Source of the DNA: Raillietiella orientalis
Lineage: Eukaryota
Reading direction: 5' to 3'
Assembly: GCA_036172245.1 (NCBI GenBank)
Contig: JAYWIR010000005.1
Span: 5,084,001-5,148,000 of the forward strand
Length of the DNA: 64,000 bases
The translations under genes were made by a program, and so were the position numbers. The notes under the pieces are model-generated. The model made no database searches. It was not told where the DNA came from and saw only the letters and a list, made by a program, of their open reading frames with translations. Within the stretch, counting starts at the first letter, position 1, and each line of letters opens with the position of its first letter. Below are positions 33,801-45,299 of the stretch, in pieces.

Positions 33801-36800
33801 GCGCCGCCTGAGCATCGTGTTGTCCGCAATGCTGACCCATTTCGACCTCTGCGTTTCCATCAAGGCGCAGCTACAGAGGGCAGCGTACGGCTACTGGATG
33901 CACCAATGCGGAGGTTCCATCATTTCCCAGTATCACGTACTGACCGCGGCCCACTGCGTATGGAGGGTTCCCAAGAACATTCTCAGGGTGAAAGCCGGCG
34001 TCCACAAGCTGAACCAAATGGAGCGAACGGAGCAGGTATTCCACATCGAGCAGGTCGTCATCCACCCGGATTACTTGAGAGGTAAGGAGGGAGGTGGTGT
34101 TTTCCCCCGGGGTGGCCTGAACAGGTGTGGTTGGGGTCTGGAAAAGAAAAATGAATGACGGGAGGAGGGAGAGGGTTGAGGAGACTCAGCAGGTGCCGAG
34201 GACCTGAATATCCGTTTCCCTTCGGCGCTGCTTTCCGATCTCTGCTTCCGGGGGCTGCTTCAGTTCTTCCACGGATCCTGGAGAGTCGCAGTTCACGAGC
34301 GGACGCTAAAGCGATTCTCATCTACTTTTTTGAACATTGGGGAGTTTCGGAAACGCATCCTCTTTCCGTTCAGCGCCGGCGCCACCCGTGACAAGGGAGA
34401 GGCGTTTGGATGCAAGAATGGCTTCTCTCGGGGAGTAGCTAATCTTCCTTGGGACCTCCGACTTGTGGACGCTGGTTTCAGAGAAGAGACAAATGAGGCC
34501 GTTTCGTCTTGTAGAAGTAACGCGCGCCATGTAAGGTGGGAGGGGCCACACCGGAATCACCCTGACGACGTATAGTGGAGACGCTTCCCCATATCCTCGA
34601 TGCGCGCAACAGTGCACCTCTTCCCGTTTTCTGTGGCCGGGCTGAAATTTTCGTATCCTGGAGGGTCACCAGGGCACGTATTGGGTGGGCACTGCGAGAC
34701 TTATGGGACAGGGAAGGAAAGGAACGGAAAATTGGGGAGCTGAGGTCGCCGGCCAAGCGCAGTTTCGCGACGACGTCGGCTGTGTTGCGAAATGTGCGCG
34801 ACACCTCGCAGCTTTGCCGAGAGCCGCGCGACTATAGCTTGTCGTCTTCTCATCGGTTGTTCTTTCAGAAGGCGAACTGAGCAACGACATCGCAGTGCTG
34901 AAGGTCTTCCCTAATTCCTACGGGGGATTCGTCTTCAACCATTTCGTGCAGCCGATCTGCCTCGCGCTCGATGACGAGGACATCTACGGTGCGATTCTGT
35001 CCGGGCAGATCCCCTGCACCATTACCGGCTGGGGGATGCAGATACGTGAGTGTGCCTGCTGGCTGCTACCCGGCGCACTTCGCTGCTGCCCACCTCGCGG
35101 AGGCGGGGAATTGAGCGGGAAAGCGTAGAGGGAAAGAGGAGGTGCGCCGTAGCACTTCTCTCGCTGCTCCAAGTCGTCCGCACCGTGCGCCGAAAGTGGG
35201 CGCGCTGTACCTTTAAGATGCACCCTCCTGCGCTAGTTTGAACGCTTCTGGACACCGTTCCTCCATATAACGACCGGGAACGATACTTTTGTGCCCACAG
35301 GTGAGACTTACAAAGGGAAATTCCTGCAGGCGTACCCGAAGAATGCGTGATGAAACGAGGAATGAGGATGAAGAGAGGCCCGCCGAGGCATCGGTTTTTG
35401 CCTCTCCCTTTTCTCCGAGGGCGCGGTTCACACGTGCACACGTCGGTGGTTCCACTCTTCCGGGGCAATGTGAGCGCGCGCGCAACGGGTGGTGCACGAG
35501 GTCACATCTTCCTTATCCGTGCTTCTGTGGTCGACAGCGACATGCAGGCGGGAGGTCATCATGGAGCCAAGAAGTGTGTTTGGCCATACAACCTAGAATC
35601 CGCTCTTTCTTTTTGCGCCACGGTGCTTTCAGGCGCTCCTCTTTCCAGGACGAGATTTGCTGAGAGAGTTGCAGGAAGGGTGGGTGTATAGATACGTATT
35701 GCACAGCTCTTCATCCACTTTTTCCTTGCTTTGCAACTATGCCATTCTGTTTTTTTCGTTCAGTCGAGATGCGAAGTCGTGTGTCGCTCTTGGAATTCCA
35801 TCCTGCTGTCCTTTTCCGAAACTTTGCGGATGGAAGGGTAACAGAACATGGGAGAAACGGAGTGTTGGGGTATTTCATGCACCCTCCTCCGACGAACTCA
35901 TCTCTTCCCTCTTCCCTGTTTTTTTGCAGCCATTGATCCCTGGAGCATGTCGCACGTGCTGCTGGAGACCAAGGTCACGGTGGTCGATCGTGATCTCTGT
36001 AGGAGTTTCCTGTTCGGAAAATCATTCCCAGATATCCTCCCTGGGATGCTGTGCGCTGGTGTTCTGAGAACAGGAGGGGGAGCCTGTCTAGGTGATAGCG
36101 GCGGACCTTTGTCTTGTGAGGTGCAAGGTAAGGACGGAAGAAAGCGCTATGCGGGGTGTGTCGACTTGCCTTTGTCGCTCTTCTTTTGTCAGGGAGGTTC
36201 TACCTCTACGGGATCGTTTCCTGGGGAGTAGGCTGCGGTTTACCGGGGAAGCCCTCAGTCTTCTCGCGGGTCTCCTACTACAGGGATTGGATCGAGCAAT
36301 GGGTGTCAGCCCTGAGCTGAGGCCACCAGTGCATCCAGTCACAGAGCGTGCCTGGGATGAGGTGTGCATGTTTTGGACAGGAGGGCAAATGAGGATGAGG
36401 AACTCTGGAAGTGACGTCAGTGCCCCTTCCAGCATGGAGGAGAGAGGAGGTGTCCTATGGGGGCTCTCGTGGTTCTTTTTCCCTGTCTCTCGTTGTTCCC
36501 TCCTGTGAGAGCGTGTAGCCCTCGTTTTCCTTCTCGCCCGAGTGGCGCTCGAATCCACGCGGCGGGGAAGCTCTCGAGGTCGGCGGAGGCGCCACTCCTC
36601 GAAAGATAGGTTTCGTTGAACTGACAAAACGGTTCATCCTGAGGATGCTGTGGCACCGCATCGATGCGGGGGCGTGCTTACCGGTGGACCGGAGACGACT
36701 TCTCAGCAGCTGGGGTGACGTCATTCCCTCCTCCGCTGACGTCGGTATCCTAGACAACGGCAAGCTTCCTTTTCCCGATTAACGTGGGCTGTCTCCTGCA

Positions 36801-37039
36801 GTGCTCTTTGGCTGGGCGCTGGCAATCTTACGATGGACTCGATCGCACGCCTCGGAGCTCATAGGCATGCGTGAACACGCGTGCATTTGTGCATTTGTGT
36901 TCGCAAAAATGAAGTGCAGTGGAAGCCGCGTCAAGGAAACACAGCGGCAAGTGGAAGCCGAAGACTCTCTGGGGCACCGGATTTACGAGGATGGAAAGGC
37001 GAAGACCTGCAAGAGAACGCCGTCGTTGCTTGCGGTCCG
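30832..37039. repeat. Right arm of ~6.2-kb inverted segmental duplication
   Basis: Starts TCGTCACTGTCACTGCCAATTAAGAGG, the reverse complement of the 13220 boundary with 1 mismatch. Mirror ORFs match, e.g. 30851-31618(-) with 12434-13201(+) and 32362-33234(+) with 10818-11690(-). Confidence 0.97.
31947..36320 (+). CDS. Secreted S1A serine protease zymogen, non-trypsin specificity (copy R), multi-exon
   Basis: Signal exon 31947-32004. Activation exon ends at 33764 (DANK|VVGG...HPWQ|gtgagt). His exon 33865-34081 ([17 protein letters not shown]). Asp exon 34869-35045 (SNDIAVLK). Ser exon 35930-36127 ([11 protein letters not shown]). Last exon 36193-36320 ([10 protein letters not shown]...PSVFSRV, TGA). 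His/Asp/Ser triad intact. Probable 5'UTR intron 31749-31918. Confidence 0.9.
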
Positions 37040-38399
37040 CAGGAGTTTCCGCCTCCGGCTTAGAGCACTTCGGTTGTCTTCATTTTCATTGACACTCCTC
37101 TTCCGCAGCTGGTGTTCTTCTATGTGAAACAAGTGTTCCAGTGAGCTGCGCGGGCAACTTCTTCCACGCGAGAATTTGTGGTTGCAGTGTATTCGTTAGA
37201 ATTCGTGCTTTTGCACGCTTCAGAATGGCTGGAACTGGGAAGAGGGAGGGTGATTGCATTGGAGAGGAGGTGAGTATTTTGGAAACGCAACGACTGCTTT
37301 CTTCGGCTGTGATTGGAATTGGAGTACTGGAAAACCAGAGCCTGCGGCATGCTTAGGGAGGCCTCGCTCGGTTTTGTTTCAGGAGGAGTCACCCAGGGGT
37401 GCAAGCGTTAGCACTTTCAGCGACGTGCATGGAGGGGGCTGTGGACCAAAAGCGCCTCCGTAAGTGTGGATTCCCTGAGGGTCAAGCGTGCTGAGTGGAC
37501 CGCTCTGTCGACGGTCCTGTCTTTGCACCCACCCTAAACGAGGGACTCTTCAGGCATTCGAGGCAACCTTGTTGCTCTTCTGTTACTTCGCTTTTAAGGT
37601 GCATCCGTCCTGCTTGTTAGCAGGAAAAGAATGCGGGTACTCGAATCGGAAACACTTACTTCTGGGTGCATCATGGAGAGGATGGAATGCGATCTGATGA
37701 GCTCATCTGCCTCCCAATGCTCTACCCAACAAACACCACGTGCTAAGGTGCTTCTGCTCTAAAGCAGCTGCTAGTTCTTGGCGCATCAACCAATGTATCT
37801 CTATTTCCTAGAAACCCTTCTAAATACTTTGGATAAGCGGAAACCATGATGTTCGGAGGTCGCTCGTGGAGATGTCATGAGAATGAACGCTGGTCTCCCA
37901 CCCTTTCTTTGAAAAAGAGCGAAGATTTTCCTCCTTGGTTGGTTCTGTCACAGCCGTGAAGATGCAGTTCTCAGAGTTTGAGACTGCAGGCAGTTTTGTT
38001 TGTGTTTCCCGTGTAGTCCCCACGGATCAGCTAGCAGGCAAATAATTGAACTATAAGTTGCATTTCCATAGTCTTAATGTGATTCCCCTACTGTGACTTC
38101 ATTTTGTAGTCTTGGGAAATTCATTGCGTATGAGAATACGCATATGCATCGGACCCAGTATCCTTCCCTTTCAGCTGCAGATTCCCCCTTACGATAACAG
38201 ATTCTATTCTGCACTCGTTCTAGAAAGATTTTAGAAAGGATACAATCAGTACATGAAAGAGCACTCCTGAGATAAAGATGCAGTTACTACATAGGAGAGT
38301 GATTCAATACGGTTTGCTCGAACCAAAAATTCTTGGAGGTAGATGAAAACTGGGAGCAGCACCCGACTCGTGAGCAGTTTTTACGCCAGACTTCTCCAT

Positions 38400-39500
38400 C
38401 CTTTTTTACTGTTCTCTGTCATCTGAAAGCAAAAATTTCTGTCATACGGAATTTCGCTTTTCTGCCACGTTTCCACCCTTCCTAATCTCGTCCTGCAAAA
38501 TGACACTGCTCAGTGGGGCTAATCCTTTGCATGTAGTTTGTTGGAAACACTGTGCTCTTCGGTTTCGAGCTTTCCTCAAAGACATTCCGGTCACGAACAG
38601 CGTGACGTGACTGTTCACTCGGGATCGAGCAGTCAACACACGGATAAATCCATCATTACGATGCACGTTGTCAAGTGTCAAGGTCTCCGCATTGAACGAC
38701 TTTCGTGTGGATCATCTCCTGCCTTGACTCTTGGCCTGTTTCTTCTTTCCAAAAGTCTCGCAAGCTTCATACAGAGTCCATTTGTCTCTCTATCGATTCT
38801 CTAGTTTCGTAGACGCCAGTGATCATTCCTCATCAGTCGTCTTCATAACAGCTTGATGTGACACTTCTCGTTATCCAGACGGCAGTCATAACAAAGATTG
38901 CATCCTGGACGTCTGTTGGAAAGTTTTAAAATTGTCTACCATAAAAGAAAAGTGTCTTATCATCATGCGAAGAAAACTTCCTCTATTTTTAATGGCATCT
39001 GTCTCAGACGAAAATGTAGGGCAGAACTCCCTTATTGACGTTAAGTGTCAGGTGCACTTGTACCAAGGATGCTATGTACGTATTGGCTTTTATTCCAATC
39101 TGCAGGGTGAGGCTATTTGCGATTTCTGAGAAATGGGTTGAGTTTGCCTGGAGTCATGACTTGGAAAATCAACGAAATCTTGCAAGCTGAGAAAGCCGCT
39201 CCAACAACGAAGAAAATTCTACCGGAAGCTTACCAAGCTTGGCAAGCACAGTTGACAAGTGCTTGAGGCAGCTTCCCTTGAAAGGTTTGTTTACGATCTC
39301 CAGATACATAAATTTAAAAATCAGTGCAAATCTTCGGATTCATCAGAATAGATGCGCGTCAACAGGATACATTAAAACTGGCTTTTTGATTCAGTCAACG
39401 CGAAATATACTGTTGGTTTGCAATTGGCTCTATACTCAACACTTTGTTACCATTCTCTGAACAACATTTCGTGTAGATAGTCTTCTAATTACTACACCTG
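38400..39500 (-). mobile_element. Possible heavily decayed non-LTR element of another family
   Basis: Stop-ridden remnants FKFMYLEI (kYLG-like) and CVDCSIPSEQSRH (C-terminal CCHC-like). Confidence 0.25.
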
Positions 39501-40879
39501 AATCTTGGATTCCTATCTGGTTTGCTGGCTGCGATAAAAGTGCCAGCGTTGGTTTAAGATAAGTACTTTTTAACATCTATCTCGACTTGCCAGAGGCTAA
39601 GTCTTTGTTGCGAAATTTCACTGGTCTGAGATCTGCCTCTTTAGCAGGACAGCATACTGAAGATTGAAAGATCAGTGGTGAATAGTTCTGTTGGAATTGA
39701 GTCCTTCGCTCTCCAAAGGGACAGTTTTCTCATGAATGAAGAATTCTACTACAAAAATCAGGAAACACCGAAATGATACCTTCAAGAATATTCCGAATTC
39801 CGCCTGTGCAGTCTCCAGCATTCATGGTGCTCATTTTTTCGTATGTTTATGAAGGTCGTTCAAACTTCCCGATTGTCAAACTGATTCACGTTCCGTTTCA
39901 GTTCCTTTGTAGGAAGCGTAACTGTTGTTTCTTTGATGACGTCATTGTCAGAAAGATCGTCTGAACATAGTCCAACGGTTGCAGCGTCCAAGTCAGATTT
40001 TCTTTTTTTGCTTAATTCGTTTGATACGTCTTTTGAGATGTGCCTCGAATCTTACCTAAGAGGTGATGTCCATAGGCGAGCTAGTCTTTAGAACTTCATT
40101 GGCCTCCAAGAGATCGCGTTACTCTTTGCAAAAGTCTCTGATGTTTGCACCGTGTGTCCGATCCAGTCGAGTGCATATTTTCCTTCCAGTCGTAGAAAAC
40201 CAAGACAAACCGTAGAAAGGAAAGGACCACAAAACGAGCAGGGACATCTTGCCACCGCCCGAGCTACAGGAGCGCGTAGGACTGAAAGATAAGCTCGATT
40301 TCTTTCAAAAAGTAAGCTGAAGTAATCGCAGATGCAGAATATGATAATTTTTGCATGAGAGACTTGGCGACTGGATTCAGATCTCATGACACTCTACGGG
40401 AGAACGATGAAACGCAAATTTCATGAAGCGTCTGCACAAGCTGCTGCCCCTCGCGAAAACAGAAACACGAAGAAAGCCCGCACGATCCGAGAAAGGGGAG
40501 AGCCAGCCTCGATCTTTTGGAAAGGATGAGATCGGGACACTGTTCTCCATTAAATAAAATAAATGGCATGGCTTAACTCCAGCAAAGAGGAGGGAAGATT
40601 CTGGATGAGCATTCGGTTGCACGGTAGGATCCGAAGTCCCGCCGCCATTGCACGCTCAGTGTTTACTTTTGTAGTTTCAATGGACTCCTTGGCGTAAGCT
40701 TCCCATCCTGGATAGCCGAGCCATCCCTTCAAGACAAATAAACAGATACATCGAAAAAATTTTTACGGTCAGACATCGGCACATGCGCACCCTCACTGGC
40801 AGTGACAGGTCCGGTTAGGAGAGGAAGGAGACAACAAATAATTAAATGAATAGAGGATGGGAGAAGTGGACTCACAGAA

Positions 40880-41400
40880 TTCGGAGGGATTCCCAATGGA
40901 CCGCACAATGAAGAGAGGGGACGGGCGAAGGGTGAGACCACCGGCATCAGGTTTAATCTGCCCACAGCCATCCGAAGTTTCCCTTGAGTCCCACATCCAA
41001 GATTGGGCCACTTCGTCGCCCTTTGCACGCAGGATACGGTCCCCCCAAACGGTGGTCACTCCTCCCCTCCTACATTCCGGTGGCCACCGCTTTTCGCTCA
41101 TGGTAGAGAATTGCAAGCAAGCAACAAGATGACGGTCTTCTCGTAGCGAAGAGGGAGGGCTTCGCCGTCTGCCGGAAAGTCCAGCATCCTGAAGCTCCCA
41201 CTCGAAATGCTGGCAGAATCCATTCATCCTTGCAGAACTTTATTCAGATCTTTCGGCAAATCTTCCTCTGTTGGACGAGACGTTTCCTACTGTCCGACAG
41301 GCTAAGTGACTTCAGAGGTGGTAGGTCACCTCTCACTCTGCAGGAGCGCGCTTTTCCAGATAATCCTTCAAGAGCAACTCGTCAACTCCCACTCTGCAGC
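40880..41400 (-). mobile_element. Retroelement tail, homolog of 17570-18230
   Basis: Direct nucleotide similarity over ~300 bp, plus the ATKWPNL motif. Confidence 0.6.
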
Positions 41401-42399
41401 ACCGAAGCCTCCGCACACTGAGATTCGGATCCCACTCGCTGCTTCGTCGCCACGTTAGTAGGCGGAACCATAAAGATTCCCTCACCTGTTCGGAACTTCG
41501 TCACCACCTACCCAGTCAGCTGTACTTTTGCTCCTCTCTCCATGAGCTCCATGAGTTCCATGAGCTTTTCCTTCTCCAATCCATGGCGCCCCTTGTGCTT
41601 CGTCATGCCCTTTGGTTTGCGACACACCTTTCTGCGTGCACTTGTTCTCCTGACGGGAATGCGAGGATTCCCTCGTGCTCCTCTTCACCTTCCCAGCGCG
41701 AGTTCGTGCTGACATCTGACTCGATACTCTCCGGAGACTCGAGTTCCATACTTACTGTCACCTACTAGCTCCCGACCCTAAGAACCCCACTGCACTTCCC
41801 GCTCATCTGCTTGTGCCGCATAAGCCGTGTGAACAGGAATCTGCTGCCACCATCGAAGATGCTCCTGTTTCCTATGCCGCTTCCAGAAATGATGTAACGA
41901 TGCGATTCAGTCGCCACTGTTTCTGAAGATCTGATCAGCGTGCTGCTCAGACGGAAAGATTCCAGTCGAGACTTCGAGGCATGAAGAATTTCCGGTCAGG
42001 GAGAAAGGTAACCTCTACCTCGAAAAAGGGAGTCACGCAGTCCTGGTTCTTTTCAGAAAATGGGGAAGAATGGTCCAGGAGTTTGTGCAGCGGGTGTTCG
42101 ACGAATCTAAATATTCTTAGCTCGATCTGCAGCGTTAGGATCGTCGTGTATAGGCGGCACTAGAGAAAAGCGTGGTCCACGAAACTAAAACAGACATCTC
42201 GTCCACGTTTCCTTTCATGATCAGACGATGACCCTATGACGCCTATGGGAGACGAAGTGGCAGAGCTCCATCGAGGTTTACTGCCTTCGCATCTCGCGAA
42301 AGAACTACGAGACTTGCAGAACTTCCAGATTTTTCTCACGTGCTTGTGAGCAGGGATCCATCAAACGCTGGTTCCCGGGGAAAAGGAGAGTGAAGTTTT

Positions 42400-43450
42400 C
42401 ATGGAATGCTTCGTAAGTGCGCTTCCAGGAACCGTTGCGCACGACAGGGAGCTCAAGCTCTCCCTCGAGCAAACCTAGCAGTTTCCGAAAACTGTCACGC
42501 GCAGATCCTACGAAACGTACGCTGTTCTCAGTTGCCGCGAAATCTTTTCATCCTGGAGCCAGAAGTAGCAGCCTCCGACCCCAAGAAAAGGGAAAGACAT
42601 AACGACGATGCCAGCTGCCCAGTAAGATGCGAAGCCAATACAGCTCGAGGATTCCGGCCGGGTTACATTGAAAGGCAGACTGTCTTGGACCTTCATCATC
42701 GCCGTTGAGGAAGCACTGAGCAAACTGAACGTGGACAGGGAGTGTCGAAAGGGTCCTCGATTCCCAGTGGGTGTCTTTTTGTGGAGCTGACCGGCAAAGA
42801 TGCAAGGCTCGCTGGACGACTGCTGAAATTCTTCGTCAACATGGAGGGCGGAAGACTCATTCCTGTCACGGTGAACCGCTCTGTGGCGCTCCTCTGAACG
42901 GGCTTACGCTAAGGATGGACGAGAGAGAACTCCTCCATCAGCTAAACGAAGACTCAATCGAACGCGCGCTATGGTTTCAGGATTTGAAGGACTGTTTAGT
43001 GTCTTGGTCGCTGCACGTGTCACCGTACACGAAGGGAAGCAGCTCCCTTGTAGACCACAGGTCGGAAGCAGAATGCGTGAACCTGTAGTTCGCAGGGGTG
43101 ACGAAAGTTTGCGGGAATCGCAATAAAATGGAACACCCGAAGAAAAGGTCCCAGAGATAAAATTACACATCTGCGGGCAACTAAGCTACAAGAAGGATGT
43201 GTTCCAAAAAGACCAGTTCACGGTACGCTGCTGCGAAGAGGAGGGAGAGACCGTATGCGGAACGAATCTCAAATAATCAAAAAATAATAAAGCGGAAAGA
43301 GGAAAAACTTTGTGCTCGCCACCGGGCCAACTCTGATGTCAGTGGGGAATCCTTCTAACACAGATGAAGGGAAGGACGATGGAGCGGGTTGACAACGAAA
43401 GAGGAAAAGAAAAAAAAAAGGCAAAAAAAACCTGGAGTCGAGGTACCGAT
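42400..43450 (+). mobile_element. Degenerate ORF1 (gag-like) of the same family
   Basis: LNGLTLRMDERELLHQL matches LRGLRLRMDEREVLRQL at ~26650. Knuckle remnant ICGQLSYKKD. Confidence 0.6.
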
Positions 43451-45299
43451 CCATCGAGCAAACAGCGGATTCAGTCCGGAGTTAACACTCGATCTTATCG
43501 CGGCTACTGAGACCGCAGTCCAAAACGTGACTAAGGACTCCACTACAGCCTTGAATGTGGTGCGCTAAAGTCCTCGTGGACAACGGATTCATAACTTGTT
43601 TTTGGTGAAGTTTCCATCGTCTCTAAGCTAGGATGATTAGGTCTTCACGGCTGTGCTTCGTTCCGAGAAAGGTATTCACTGCTTATGTGATTTCGGAATG
43701 GGCGGCAACACATAGGAATTGGATGAAATGAATCATGAAGAATGTCAATGGCCACTGAAATGTGGAGAGGATGGAGGAGAATGGAGATGAATGGAGATGC
43801 GATGCCAAAAGGAGGAAAGTTGGATGTTCCTTGCAATTCACCGATTTGCTTACGTGAAAACCCAGTGGCAAAGTTTCATTACCATTCATCGGGTGTGGTT
43901 GCAAACGACAGAGGTACACCCACATCGAATTTGCATGGAGATCCCGAGAGTGTCCCAAGTCGAAATAACTAGAGTCTGCACAAGCTAGAGAAGATTGATG
44001 CTGGCATCCGAAGAAAGCCTGCGTAACTGATGTCGTCGAAAGGACCAACCCATCATTATTTATCCCTGTTTCTTTGGTTGTTGTTCTTCGCCGCCTGGCA
44101 GAACCGGCGCGGATGCACATACACACACAAAAAAGAAAAAAAAGGTAAACAGATGTGACTTCCAAAAAGTGGCGATGCATTTCGTGTCATGTGCGCTGCC
44201 GCGCGAGCATATGTACCACCCGTTCCCTTGTTCCATCTCACAAACTCTTTCCCTGTAGGGGCGTGGTGAAGTGGAGATTCTGGGAAGCTTGCAATCCAGG
44301 GAACAATTTGAAAAGAGTTATTTCTGGACCTGCCAGCGTCTCCTTCACTCATGTTGTATCTTGTGCTTGCCTACGTGAGAGTTTGGGCTGACATTTTTCA
44401 AAAAAGATGAAGGCAGGAAATTCCAAGTAGAGGGACTCGTAGTGGGGAATAAATCATGGGACGAGACATAAAGCAGCGAAATGAAAACTGTGGAAAGCTT
44501 CTGGTGGAATTTATGCGATTCGTTTCCTCTTTGTCGTTCCTGTCAGCCTGCACTTTTAAACCTGTCGTTTCGTTTGAAAATGGTCAAAGGGTTACTGCCT
44601 ATAGGTGCAAAGCACCATAAGGCCTTATTAAACGGGTACATGCAATCCATGCGTCCATAAAGCACAGTATATGGGAGTCCCCGACACGGGAACACCCTAA
44701 TCGCGCTGCCCGACGCCAACTGTACAGTTGTGCCGACGTAGACCAGAACTACATTAGAGCACTTGTACAGCATCAGAAGATGCGCGTGTTTGCAGAAAAC
44801 TGGACCAGCCGTTCATTGAGTGCAAAGAAATACAACTGTGATGCAGACAGGTAAGGAGCGATCAGAGACGAGGAGCGTGATGTCAGCGGTTTCACATGGT
44901 TTCATGCCGAAAGAATCGACCCCCACTTAACCATAGGGACCAGGCGGCCTACTGGAAATCAGGAAGGTATGCTTTCTCCGGTCATCTTCGACCTATGGTT
45001 CAGTTTTCGGAGAGTTTCGATGCACTGGAAGCATCCAAGGGTATTCCAGAACCATAAATTATCCTTTAGCGCCAGGGAAAATCACCAGGGCGGAGACTAG
45101 CACCAGCCAGCAATTGCATTAATTCCGCTTATGCGAAATGACTCCGTAAAAGACTCCGGGAATGGCATGGCACTCTGACAAATGAATCGTCTGCTTGCTT
45201 CGGGAGGGACTCCTTGCACGTGGTGCAGTTCAGGAACAAAATTTCGTCCTGACAAACTAGCTTCGACCAAACGAGAAGATCCTTACACAACCTACGTAT

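Noticed and set aside
7733..36320. Diversity-generating retroelement (template/variable repeat) as the cause of exon divergence
   Set aside because: Differences are not adenine-specific, both copies look functional, and there is no intact RT.
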